A stretch of 31,180 nt of DNA from Octopus sinensis (Eukaryota), in contig NW_021829681.1 of NCBI RefSeq assembly GCF_006345805.1, positions 1-31,180 on the forward strand, written 5' to 3'. Position numbers and translations under genes: made by a program. Within the stretch, counting starts at the first letter, position 1, and every line of letters starts with the position of its first letter. The notes beneath the pieces were generated by a model, which saw only the letters and a list, made by a program, of their open reading frames with translations, was not told where the DNA came from and searched no databases. Shown here piece after piece: positions 1-11,455 of the stretch.

Positions 1-330
1 ACGAACATTCTCCGACATTGTAACTCAAGTGACTGACTGACAAGGATTTATTTCCCGCAACATTACAGCCATTGGCTAGGAGAGCAAGGTATGGAGTATT
101 CTTTATGCTTTGTGTGCCGCTCCTCCAGCATTACGACAGCCCCCGCGCCGCCCCCATGCAACTCAGAATGGTGTTCAGGTTTCTCCTCTAAACCCCATAT
201 TCATTGTATATCAACACCCACAAACCCTATGCTAAGCTCTTGCCAGATCGTTCACCGAAAAGGGTGCAGCGTCTTGTAATTCGACACTCCACCTTTTGAT
301 ACATACATATATTCATACATACATGTATGC

Positions 331-394
<64 letters not shown>

Positions 395-655
395 TGTGTG
401 TGTGTTTGTGTGTGAGTTAGTATATGTGTGTGTATATAAGTTAGTATATGTGTGTGTATATATATATAAATATGTATGGATGTGTACATGTAAATATACA
501 TTCGTGTGCGTATGTATATATTTATGTGCATCCATAGAAACTCAACAAACCCGGTCTGACGCTATTAATCTACCAGCTAAATATGAGGAATCGTTGTTAG
601 AAATTGCTCTTTGAACCCTCCAAACTAAAGGATGAAATATAATTCAACATCTTCA

Positions 656-686
<31 letters not shown>

Positions 687-1176
687 TAAGTATAAGGTGT
701 GCTAAGAGTATTTGTAGAGCACGTATCCTATATAAACTCAACAAACAATCAAAGATGGAGAAGTGATGTTAAAAGTTTTTATAAAATTTTAATCGATGCA
801 TACGATCGTTTCGAATGGCAACACCAACATGTAAGAAACATGGAAAAAATTAAATTAGTTATAATTATAATTAAATTAATTACATATTACCATAATATAG
901 GACACGTGTTCTATAAATGCTCATGACACACCTTATAATTGTAACATTTTCATATCATTTTTTAAAATACGTTTGTAAGCTAAAAATTAAATATGAAGAA
1001 TCTTTATTAGAAATCAAACTTAGCCCCCCCCCCCACAGTAAAAGGATGAAACTGACCTAGACCTTTCTCATACACACGCACACACACACACTCTCACACA
1101 CACACACATACACACACATATAAATACATATACATTGATATGTACACGTATATGTAAATTCATATATATACACACA

Positions 1177-1223
<47 letters not shown>

Positions 1224-1258
1224 CTATATATATATATATATATATATATCAGGTGTGA

Positions 1259-1610
1259 CCCCTTGGGTAAATATCTTCTACTATAGCCTCGGGATGACCA
1301 AAGCCTTGTGAGTAGATTTTATAGACGAAAGTGAAATAAACCGTAGTATATATATGTGTGTGTGTGTATGTGTGTGTGTGTGTCTGTGTGTGTGCCTGTA
1401 TGTGTCTGTGTGTTTGTTTGTTCCTCCACTATTGCTTGACAACCGATGATGGTCTGTTTACGCCCCTATTACTTAGCCGTTCGGCTAAAAGATCATATAG
1501 AATAAGTATTAGGCTTACAAAGAATAGGTCCTGGGGTAGATTTACTCGACTCGAGGCGGTTCTGCTGCATGGCCACTCTCAAATGACTGAAACAAGTAAA
1601 AGAATAAAGA
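1259..1610 (+). mobile_element. Family A SINE, 5'-truncated, with internal (TA)n(TG)n microsatellite
   Basis: ccttgggtaaatatcttctactatagcctcggg...microsatellite...gcttgacaaccgatg...aaatgactgaaacaagtaaaagaataaaga; same module order as copies at 9003 and 16371. Confidence 0.9.
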
Positions 1611-1689
1611 TTATATATATATATATATATATATACACGCACGCATATATATGTATAGTGTAGTGCGTGTGTGTCTGTGTGTCTGTGTA

Positions 1690-1940
1690 TCTGTCCCTGT
1701 TTGCGCCCCATCACTGCTTCACAACTGGTGTCGGTTCGTTCAAGACCACGTAAAGGATCGGTTCTGCAAACGAGACCCTACAGAACAAGTAGCAGGTAGC
1801 AGGCTTTAGAAAAATGAAAAAATAGTTAAATAAATAAATACTTGGGGTCGATGCCCTCGACTGAAATTCCTTCACAGCGATACCCCAGTTGGAGTGCAGT
1901 CTAATGACTGAAACAAGTTAAAAGTAAAAGATAAAAGATA
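1690..1940 (+). mobile_element. Family A SINE 3' half, diverged
   Basis: cactgcttcacaactggtgtcgg...ttggggtcgat...ctaatgactgaaacaagttaaaagtaaaagataaaaga matches the family A 3' module and tail. Confidence 0.75.
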
Positions 1941-2217
1941 CAAGCATATGAGTTTCATCGCCTCAGCTGGCTAAGTCCATTATCAGATGTTAACTTTGCA
2001 CAATGCACAATACACGGTTCTATATATCTATTACAATATGATATACATACACAAACAGAAATATGCATGTATTCATAGAAATAGAAATGTTGTGAAACCA
2101 GGATTTTCCACGCTTGACGAATTTCGGTACCAGTCTGGAATCCGACAGCGTTGATAGTCCAGAACTCGGGTTGAGCACTTCCTTGGAGAAAATCCTACAT
2201 TTAAAACCTACCAGGAC

Positions 2218-2219
2218 CA

Positions 2220-2299
<80 letters not shown>

Positions 2300-2330
2300 A
2301 TCTATCTATCGATTCTATCTATCTATCTTG
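2218..2330. repeat. (TCTA)n microsatellite
   Basis: Directly visible tetranucleotide array. Confidence 0.95.
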
Positions 2331-2714
2331 TTTGTTTTTTTCCCCCATGCCTTCGTCTTTTGTCTATTTCATAAAGCTTCCCATTATATATTATATATAT
2401 ATATATATCTATATATATATATATATATTACGTTCAGCAAAATTTAGAATCAGATGAACATGGTACTTAAGTTAAAGGCACCAAAATTTGGTATGGCATG
2501 AATTTAACCTCTCTGTCGATATATATCTACCCTCTTTGTTATGTTGGCAAATGAAATAAGTATAAAAATGTACATTATCCATTTAATAAAAAAAAATTCT
2601 ATATGTGGCTGAAAATTGCTATACATTTTAAACTGATGTAATACTTACATTGTTTAATAAATGAAACGATTGTACTACACAACCTTGGATATCCTTTTTT
2701 GTTGCTTATTTTGA

Positions 2715-2758
<44 letters not shown>

Positions 2759-2820
2759 ATGTAATAGAAATATTAAAATTACTAAGTCTCAATAAAAGAG
2801 ATTACGGCAGCGTTTACTGG

Positions 2821-3034
2821 AAATTAATTGTTATCGCCATATTAATATGGCATTCTTATATTAATATGGCATTCAGTGTGAAGCGGCTGACCTCCCTTGT
2901 TCGAAGGTTATAATGGATACAGATCGTGTATCAATAGCTATCTTAAGGCGGTGGCCTCATGGAGCTGACCAGCGGCAGCGATTATTCTTATATCTATAAG
3001 AATGCCATATTAATATGGCGATAACAATTAATTT
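2821..3034. repeat. Perfect 40-bp inverted repeat (fold-back/MITE-like)
   Basis: aaattaattgttatcgccatattaatatggcattcttata (2821-2860) is the exact reverse complement of 2995-3034; no clear TSD. Confidence 0.85.
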
Positions 3035-3591
3035 ATATATGGATGTGTTATAACACTATTCCACAGTCACACCAACACTACTATTCCACATATACAAAAA
3101 CAGCCATACCAACAATCTAACACACCTCCATCGTCAGCTGCTCCACGAATATCATTATGGTTTCGGCACCTCGGCAATACCATTCAATCCGGTGACATAC
3201 AAACTGAAAGCATTTATTTCTTGCGTCATTACACGTAGTTTAGTGACTAATGCCAAGTGATCACACGGGGATAAGTTTCCCTAATGTTTCAGCCTTATTT
3301 CATTAGAGATTGCTATATATTCATACATACATTGATAGATGTTAAATATTTCAATAATTGAGATTGACTTGAAAGTACTAGTGGGTAAGTGACATAACTA
3401 GCTGATAAAGCAGTTTTGACAAATCTGCAAAATCATTCGCAACTACTTAACATTTCCTGCGTGTGTGTGTCTGTATCTGTCTGTGCACGTACGTGTGTGT
3501 AGCAAGGTAAATAGATTGTTAAATAGCTACTTAGAAAGATAGAGTGATAGATAGATAGACCAAGGGACAGACAGACTTACAGACAGACAGG

Positions 3592-3638
<47 letters not shown>

Positions 3639-3777
3639 ATATGCAGGCAGACACCTATGGACCTCTTCGATTCTTGTTTTACTCTTCTAGACCTTCCTAG
3701 CCATTCTATGTCTAAATAAAATCCTGTTATATTCCCATAATTGAATAATGGTTTCATATTTTGCAATAATGTTAGCA

Positions 3778-3930
3778 ATTTCGGGCCAGAAAAGTCTGCA
3801 GCTGGTACATATTTTATCGATTCCAAAAGGATTAAAAGCCACGTTGATCTCAGTGGGATTTGAACTCAGAACCTAAAGACGGACGATATGCCTGTCGCTA
3901 AACAATTTGTCCGGCATGCTGACAATTTTT
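3778..3930 (-). mobile_element. Family D SINE, diverged
   Basis: ctggtacatattttatcgattccaaaaggattaaaagccacgttgatctcagtgggatttgaactcagaac resembles the copy at 24670-24900. Confidence 0.7.
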
Positions 3931-3974
3931 CTTGCTCACTCCCTTACATATATAATTGCTTATTTTTAGGAATT

Positions 3975-4323
3975 CTTTTATTCGTTTTATTCTCTTTTAC
4001 TTGTGACAGTCAGTTGACTGCGGCCATGCTGAAGCACCACTCCAGAACTTATTCCTTGTAAGCCTAATACCCTATCCGTCTATTTGGCCGAACCTCTAAG
4101 TTACGGGGACGTAAACACACCAACTTCTAGTGAGGGGACAAACACACACACATATATATACGACAGTCTGCTTTCAGTTTCCGTCTACCAAATCCACTCA
4201 CAAGGCTTTGGTCGGCCCGAGGCTATAGTAGAAGACAGTTGCCCAAGGTGCCACGCAGTGAGTCTGAACCCGGAACCATGTGGTTGGTAAACAAGCTACT
4301 TACCACACAGCCACTCCTGCGCC
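3975..4323 (-). mobile_element. Family A SINE, near full length with internal deletion
   Basis: Minus-strand head with A-box-like TGGCTGTGTGG (4303-4313), B-box-like GGTTCAGACTC (4260-4270), CORE-like ccttgggcaact, and the family tail; an additional fragment lies at ~4431-4470. Confidence 0.9.
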
Positions 4324-4350
4324 TATCTCTCTCTCTCTCCCTCTCTCTCC

Positions 4351-4392
<42 letters not shown>

Positions 4393-5039
4393 GTATATGC
4401 ATATGTGTGTGTGTGTTTGTGTGTGTGAGTGCGACGGGCTTCTTTCAGTCTCCATCTACCAAATCCACTCCCAGTTGTACGATAAAATTCTTGAAATATT
4501 TTGCGTATTGTAGTATCATAACCAATTTTATTGCACTTGAATTTTTACAATACTTTATACGGACCTCCAAAGTCCTTACGAACCCCAGTCAAGACCTACT
4601 GCACGATGTTTTTGCGTATCGTTGCAAGGTAAATCATTTCGAAATGCAACGGAACCTTCACTGTTCGGTGGCAATGAAAAAAACATGTCTCTTCCATTTC
4701 TCACGTTACAGAAAGAAATGGGAAACTAATTGCCAAGTTTTATATCCCGTTTTCTTCATATCAGAGTTATTTACTGCTGTCAGTTGAAATGAGAACAACC
4801 TCTTGATCTGTGTAATGAGAGCCAAGGAACTAATTACTGTATACATTCAATAAATGGAGTTACTTTATTCGTATTATCAGTTTGGTTCGCATAATTGCTT
4901 CTTAGTTAATGATTCACTCGAATTAATTGGTTAATTATGCAACAAACACTGACTCTCTATTATATCATTCATATAAGTATATGTAAATATTTACACACAC
5001 ACACAAAAACAGACACAAAACACATATGTGTATGTGTGT

Positions 5040-5240
5040 ATAGTCAAGTCAAATGAAAGTAAATTAAAAATAACAATAACGAAACAAGAGGGTGGGCACA
5101 CGGGGTGTGTTAGTTAGACGCTCAGTAAAGTGAGAAAGGTTTTGATATTTCGAGCATAGCACTTCGTCGGAAAAGAAAAAAGGAAAAAGGGAAAAGTCCA
5201 AAGAATAATAAAATCGCCGAAAGCAAACGTGTAGTTACAT
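5040..5240 (-). mobile_element. Family C short repeat (copy 1) with minimal hammerhead motif
   Basis: Minus strand 5174-5140: tttt CCGACGA A GTGC-TAT-GCTC GAAA TAT C aaaa; flanking family motifs ggcgatttt and ctgagcgtctaac. Confidence 0.7.
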
Positions 5241-5369
5241 CGCTGGAGTATATGTATATACGCGCACACACACACACACACACATACACGCACATATATA
5301 CTCGCACACACACACTATAATATATATATATATACTCACGCACACATAAACACATATGTGTATGTATGT

Positions 5370-5532
5370 ATCGTCAAATTAATCGAAAGAAATTAAAAAT
5401 AACAATAGCAAACAAGAGGTGTGCACACGGAATGTGTTAGACGCTCAGTAAGGAGAGAAAGTTTTTGGATTTCGAGCAGAGCACTTCGTCGGGAAGGAGA
5501 AAGGGGAAAGGAAAAAAGTCGCCGAAAGCACA
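5370..5532 (-). mobile_element. Family C short repeat (copy 2), tandem to copy 1, degenerate hammerhead
   Basis: Minus strand 5495-5461: CCGACGA A GTGC-TCT-GCTC GAAATCC; the core is 322 nt from the copy 1 core. Confidence 0.7.
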
Positions 5533-5839
5533 TATATGAATATTAAAAAAAAAGGGAGTGGAGCACAATGCCAGCGACGCAGCCATTTAGTGTCATCTTA
5601 CATCGACTTTCAACATCCGTCTTCATCCTGTCTGACTCTGTCTGATTCTGTCTCCACTCTCTCCCTCTCTCTTTCTCTCTGTCTTCCTTTCTCTCTCTCT
5701 CTCCCTCTCTCTTTCTCTCTCTCTTCCTTTCTCTCTCTCTCTCTCTTTTTCTCTCTTCCTTTCTCTTCTTTCCTTATCTCTTTCGTCTCAATGTTTTTTA
5801 AATCGCCTGCATGAAGTCTCGTCTTTTCTATAATAGAAG

Positions 5840-5957
5840 CATCATCATCATCATCATCATCAACAACACCATTGCCATCGGAACTAATGCTTTGATGATT
5901 GTCATCATGAGCGTCATCATCATCCCCATCATCATCATCATCATCATCATCATCACC

Positions 5958-6027
<70 letters not shown>

Positions 6028-6038
6028 ACATCATCAAG

Positions 6039-6071
<33 letters not shown>

Positions 6072-6148
6072 GTCATCATCATCATCATCATCATCATCAT
6101 CGTCACCACCACCATCATCATCATCATCATCATCAACATCATCATCAA

Positions 6149-6190
<42 letters not shown>

Positions 6191-6370
6191 AATCATCGTC
6201 GTCGTAATCATCATCATCATCAGCAGCAGCAGCAACAGTCCTGTTTCTGTTATCATCATCTGCATCACCATAAACAGCAGCACTGCCAACACCACCACCA
6301 CCACCAACGCCTGCGCCATCATCATCATCATCATCGTCATCGTCATCGTCATCATCATGGCCATCGTCAT
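5840..6370. repeat. Degenerate (CAT)n trinucleotide array
   Basis: Directly visible; source of the poly-Asp/Ile/Met ORFs. Confidence 0.95.
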
Positions 6371-6944
6371 GGACCACACCCTTTTCATCCTCGCAAAGGG
6401 CCCTCTCTACCCGACAAACCTATCATCCCACCCCCTCCAACGTTCGTGATGTTTGTTCCAGAGATAAGCTGTTCCACACCATATTATCATCAACGACAGA
6501 CGTCCACCACCTGATTGCTACATTCACATTTCGACATTGCTCTTCCTTAACATGTGTCTGTGTGCTGTGCATGTGTGCGCGTGTGTTCGTGTGTGAGTGA
6601 GTGAGTGCGTACGTGTGTATGTGTGTGCCTGCGTGTTCGTGTGTGCGCGTGTGTGTGTGTGCATGTGTGTATGTATGAATGTATACACACACAAACACAC
6701 ACGCAAACACAGAGAGGGATTACAACCGTGTTTCGTGGTCTGCTACCACAACAGCTCCTTTATAGGATCCAGTTAGCTCAAGACATCATCAGGAGGAACC
6801 ACGTCCGGTTTCGGCCCCTACTCCTCTACCGTTTTGACGTGGCGGGGTTTCCCCCTCCTTTTGGAGGTGTCTTCAGCTCTGCTGTTGGGTGCATGTCTTC
6901 TTTTTTCTTCTTTCTTCTGTTCCCTGGTCTCTATATACACAAGT

Positions 6945-7210
6945 GTACTCCATAAGCGCATGCTTCGCTAAAAATAGAAGTCAAAATACTTATTAGCCAC
7001 AGAAGAATTACTAAATTAAGACAGGCGTGTTAGAGAAAAAAAATTAGCGAATAAGATTAGCAAAGGACACAGGAGGAATGCCGGTCAATTTGGTATTGTG
7101 ATTTCGAATTTAGCGCTAATGGCACCTGATTCTGTTCAGTCAATCTGAAAAGGACAGCAACTAGAATTCACTATAATGCCTGTAAATTAGTTTGTGTGGC
7201 CGAACACCAT
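6945..7210 (+). mobile_element. Truncated copy of the TIR element at 7580-7910
   Basis: tactccataagcgcatgcttcgctaaaaatagaagtcaaaatact...gtggccgaacac aligns with 7586-7865; right TIR missing. Confidence 0.75.
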
Positions 7211-7246
7211 AGAAACAAAAGATCCATGTGAAATTATTTATAAATA

Positions 7247-7480
7247 CAGGGTGTTCAAAAAGTCTCTCCGCAGTGAATTTTTTTCATCCAAAATATATTT
7301 CAAAACATTTGCAGAAGAGTTAACTTTTGTGTATTGATAATGAAGGACGATACTTTCAGTACCTCTTATAAAGGTTTTTAAAGTCTTGTAAAGTCTAATA
7401 TATTCTTTTGTTAGTCTTATACCATCTTATAAATATTTATTTTGCCATACTTACCGCGGAGAGACTTTTTGAACACCCTG
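7247..7480. mobile_element. Tc1/mariner-type MITE, 234 bp
   Basis: Perfect 25-bp TIRs CAGGGTGTTCAAAAAGTCTCTCCGC (7247-7271, 7456-7480); TA on both sides (7245-46, 7481-82). Confidence 0.93.
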
Positions 7481-7579
7481 TATAAAAGAATTATATTATT
7501 CCTAATAAATAATAACGTTAATGGCCGTGAGCGTAAAATTAATAAATATATATAAGATATATAAATATATTTAAATATA

Positions 7580-7910
7580 CTAGGTTACTCTATAAGCACC
7601 TGCTTCGCTAAAAATAGAAGTCAAAATACTTCTGAGTCGCAGAAGGCTTACTAAATTAACACAGGAATGATAGGAAGAACAATAGTGAATAAGATTAGCG
7701 TCTTACCTCCGCAACAGACGCAGGAGGAATGTCGGTTAATTTGATATCACGGTTTCGAATTTAGCGCCAATGGCACTCGATTCTCTTTAGTCAAATCTGC
7801 AAGGGACAGCGACTAGAATTCTCTAATTACCATACCTGTAAATGGGTTTGAGTGGCCGAAAACACTTGGACACCATTTTTAACGAAGCAGGTGCGAATGG
7901 AGTACCCTAG
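7580..7910. mobile_element. MITE, 331 bp, with ~36-bp imperfect TIRs
   Basis: CTAGGTTACTCTATAAGCACCTGCTTCGCTAAAAAT vs ATTTTTAACGAAGCAGGTGCGAATGGAGTACCCTAG (~5 mismatches); TA flanks at 7578-79 and 7911-12. Confidence 0.85.
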
Positions 7911-7933
7911 TATATATAAATATATTCATATAA

Positions 7934-8294
7934 TCTATATATACAAACGGCAAAATGTCTGCGTGTGTGTCCTTTATACAAATCCACATTTTTTCAGTTA
8001 GAGGGCTCGCACTTTCTATGGTCATTTAAAACCGTTCAAGGGTGGTCGTGCACATTTTTACATTTCCCCAGTCACCCTGCAAAGCCATTAAAAAATCAAT
8101 AGAAGTGATTTTGGGTGAATTTTCTATCCAAAACCCAATCAAAATGCCCGAAACTTGATACGCCAATTGAATGCCAGCTAGCTGTATGCGATTGGTCGGA
8201 GATTTGGACAGTACTCACGTGTATGTGCACACACACGCAGCTGTATATGCATGCACTAGCACTATGACCCGGCGTTGCCGGGTCATAATGCTAG
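7934..8294 (+). mobile_element. Non-autonomous Helitron-like element
   Basis: A|TCTATATATAC 5' end; perfect 11-bp hairpin TATGACCCGGC-gtt-GCCGGGTCATA (8263-8287) followed by CTAG|T 3' end; no TSD. These are established Helitron hallmarks. Confidence 0.85.
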
Positions 8295-8865
8295 TTATTA
8301 ATATTACATATACGGCTTTTACGCTCACAGCCACGAACATTATTATTTTTAGGAATAGCCTCTCAGATACCCTTCAAACTGCTGCATCTCACTACTGACC
8401 ATCACATCTACACACACGTGCAAACAAACACACATACATACACACCGCACACATACACACGCACGCTCAAACTGCTACAACCACCTGTACACACTCCTGT
8501 CACCATAGCTGCTGATCTCTCACTACGACATTGACAGACGCAGACCACTCAGACAAACACAGGTAAACAGTTAATACCAAACACACGTGGCACACAAACA
8601 CTCAATTACAACCACGCGCACACACGCTCCACTACACACACACACACTCAGTTAGTTCCACACGCACACATGGTATCACACATACACACACAAGTCACCA
8701 TCACCATACGTACACACGCTACCAGACACACACACGCTCAGATACAGGTTCACACAGACACGCGCACACACATGCACACAGATACCAACCATGCTTCGCA
8801 CTCTCCTGTCCAAGAAAGCACTTTTTCTTTGACCACCTACTTCCGGTTATTTCAACAAAGGTAAC

Positions 8866-8990
8866 TACACGTGGAGTATTGGCAATTTTTTCCTCCTCCT
8901 CCCTTTTCTTTTGGACTTTCCTCTGTCTCCTGTTTCCGAAGAAAAGCTATGCTTGAAATATAAAACAAGCCGTTGCTATTTTTAATGCTG
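8866..8990 (+). mobile_element. Family C short repeat (copy 3)
   Basis: ttggcaatttttt...tgtttccgaagaaaagctatgcttgaaatataaaaca. Confidence 0.65.
8931..8967 (+). ncRNA. Minimal type I hammerhead-like motif (U4C core variant)
   Basis: UGUUU CCGAAGA A AAGC-UAU-GCUU GAAA UAU A AAACA: 5-bp stem I, 4-bp stem II, palindromic AUAU stem III, AUA triplet. Confidence 0.6.
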
Positions 8991-9002
8991 TCTTTTTCTC
9001 CT

Positions 9003-9394
9003 GTCGTAAGTAGCTTGTTTACCAACCACATGGTTCCGAGTTCAGTCCCACTGCGTGGCACCTTGGGCATGTGTCTTCTACTATAGCCTCGGGCCGATCA
9101 AAGCCTTGTGAGCGGATTTGGTAGAGGGAAACTGAAAAAAGCCCGTCGTATATATGTATGTATATATATGTATGTGTATGTGTTTGTGTGTTTGTGTTTG
9201 TCCCCCTAACATTGCTTGACAACCGATGCTGGTGTGTTTATGTCACCGTCACTTATCGGTTCAGCAAAAGAGAACGATAGAATAAGTACTGGGCTTACAA
9301 AGAATAAGTCCCGGGGTCGAGATGCTCAATTAAAGGCGGTGCTCCTGCATGGCCGCAGTCAAATGACTGAAACAAGTAAAAGAGTAAAAGAGTA
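9003..9394 (+). mobile_element. Family A SINE, near full length
   Basis: gtaagtagcttgtttaccaaccacatggttccgagttcagtccc...ccttgggc...microsatellite...gactgaaacaagtaaaagagtaaaagagta. Confidence 0.93.
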
Positions 9395-9404
9395 TTCAAT
9401 ATGT

Positions 9405-9590
9405 GATCGCGCGTGTATCGTTGGCGATTTTCTTTCTACCTTCCTTGTACCTTTCCTTTTCCTATGTTTCTGACGAAGAACTCCTTCTTTATTTCCTTTC
9501 CTGAGCATCCAATAACACTATTACTTGTTCCATGTCCTCACGTTGTTGTGTTTTCTCTTTGTTCATGTTTGGATTAACTATATATAGTAT
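9405..9590 (+). mobile_element. Family C short repeat (copy 4), 3' half of hammerhead deleted
   Basis: gttggcgatttt...gtttCTGACGAagaactcc|ttcttt...cctgagcatccaataac; compared with copy 5, the segment between two TCC repeats is missing. Confidence 0.7.
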
Positions 9591-9611
9591 ATATATATAT
9601 ATATATATATA

Positions 9612-9991
9612 TTTTACTTGTTTCAGTCATGCTGGAGTACCGCCTTTAGTCGAGCAAATCGACCCCGGAACTTATTCTTTGTAAGCCCAGTACTTATTCT
9701 ATTGGTCTCTTTTGCCGAACCGCTAGGTGACGAGGACGTAAACACGCCAGCATCGGTTGTCAAGCAATGCTAGGGGGACAAACACAGACACAGAAACACA
9801 CACATACACACATATATATATACATATATACGACAGGCTTCTTTCAGTTTCCGTCTACGAAATCCACTCATACGAAATCCACTCCGGGGCTATAGTAGAT
9901 GACACCTGCCCAAGATGCCACGCAGTGGCACTGAACACGGAACCATGTGGTTGATTAGCAAGCTACTTACCACACAGCCACTCCTGCACCT
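9612..9991 (-). mobile_element. Family A SINE, near full length, inverted relative to 9003-9394
   Basis: Reverse complement of the head, microsatellite and tail modules. Confidence 0.93.
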
Positions 9992-10059
9992 ATATGTATA
10001 TATTTTTTTTTATTTATATATATATATATATACACACATATATATATATAATATATATA

Positions 10060-10146
10060 CATACATACATGCATACATACATACATACATAGATACATAC
10101 ATACATACATACATACATACATACATACATACATACATACATACAT
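10060..10146. repeat. (TACA)n microsatellite
   Basis: Directly visible. Confidence 0.95.
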
Positions 10147-10295
10147 AGTATTATTGGACGCTCAGGAAGGAAGGAAAGAAAGAAGAAGGATTTAACGTTT
10201 GGAGCGGAGCTCTTCGTCAGAAACATAGGAAAAGGAAAGACCCAAGGAAGTGAAGATGGATGAAAAAATCGCCAACGGTACACACGCGGTCGTGT
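10147..10295 (-). mobile_element. Family C short repeat (copy 5) with hammerhead motif (G12C)
   Basis: Minus strand: gttt CTGACGA A GAGC-TCC-GCTC CAAAC GT T aaat (core 10220-10197). Confidence 0.72.
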
Positions 10296-11109
10296 TTATG
10301 TGTATGTATATTATATGAATACATATAGATATATCCATATGCAGAAATATATTTTACTTTGTACTTTGCATTTCACGCGAATTGAACAAAAATCATCCAT
10401 GAAACCTCCTCTAGACGAATTGTGTATGATCGTACACCGTCACCATTTTCTTTGGATTCTTCGGTTTCTATAGTTTGTGAAAACACATTTTCAGCTGTAA
10501 AGAGCGTGTTTAGATCTTAGATGTACGCGGTTCAGTTATCTCTTCAGTTAATGACCGTTAAAATAAAGGGAAATTACTGTGTGATTGACAGTCATTAAGA
10601 CAAAAGCGCTATTAGAATGACCTCTAAGTAAGGGGAGGGAGTAAAGGTGAGGGAGTAAAAATGTTCATAGTAATCGCGTAAGCGCGCATGTCCATACATA
10701 CACATGCGCACCCGCATATATATATATATATACGTTCATACGGACAGATATTTTAAAGAATTGTGTCTGGAGAACCAGACTGTACCCATGGTGCCGTTAA
10801 TATTTCATGCATCTCTTCGACTCTTGTAGCAAGACATGACCAGGGAGAAGATTCTATGAAATCAATGTTCTGCGGACAAAAGTCAAGGAATAGCGGTTAA
10901 AGCAAGAATATGTATATCAACTATTATCATATTTATTTCTTCAAATAAATTTTCTGACGTCGATAATTACGTTTTAATTTATTAAAAACTTGTTTCTTTC
11001 ATTTTTTAAAATAATTAACCATATCAATTACTTGAGATATTGTATATACAGACGCTTCTTGCGATATAGCTGAATGTGTGTTGATATGTAGTTCTCAACA
11101 TGGGAGTGT

Positions 11110-11145
<36 letters not shown>

Positions 11146-11170
11146 CAAAGATGCAGAGATAGAATGAGTA

Positions 11171-11201
<31 letters not shown>

Positions 11202-11404
11202 GAAAGAGAGAGAGAGAAGATGAAAGAGAGAGAGAGAAGATGAAAGAGAGAGAGAGAGAGAAGATGAGAGAGAGAGAGAGAGAGTGTGTCATTGTGCGTG
11301 TCTCAACGATTTACAAAATTTTACCGACTCAACTACGCTTACTTGCATAACCACTTCCATTCATGTAAATGTACGTATGTATGTATGCGTGTATGAATAT
11401 ATAT

Positions 11405-11455
<51 letters not shown>

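Noticed and set aside
30-160. Pol II promoter-like motifs on the minus strand (GC box, CCAAT, TCAGTC)
   Set aside because: Short motifs with spacing not matching TATA/Inr geometry, and no downstream gene visible in the window
5610-6449. Long ORFs (255, 212, 186 aa)
   Set aside because: Open only because (CAT)n lacks stops in these frames; poly-D/I/M on both strands; no splice signals or domain
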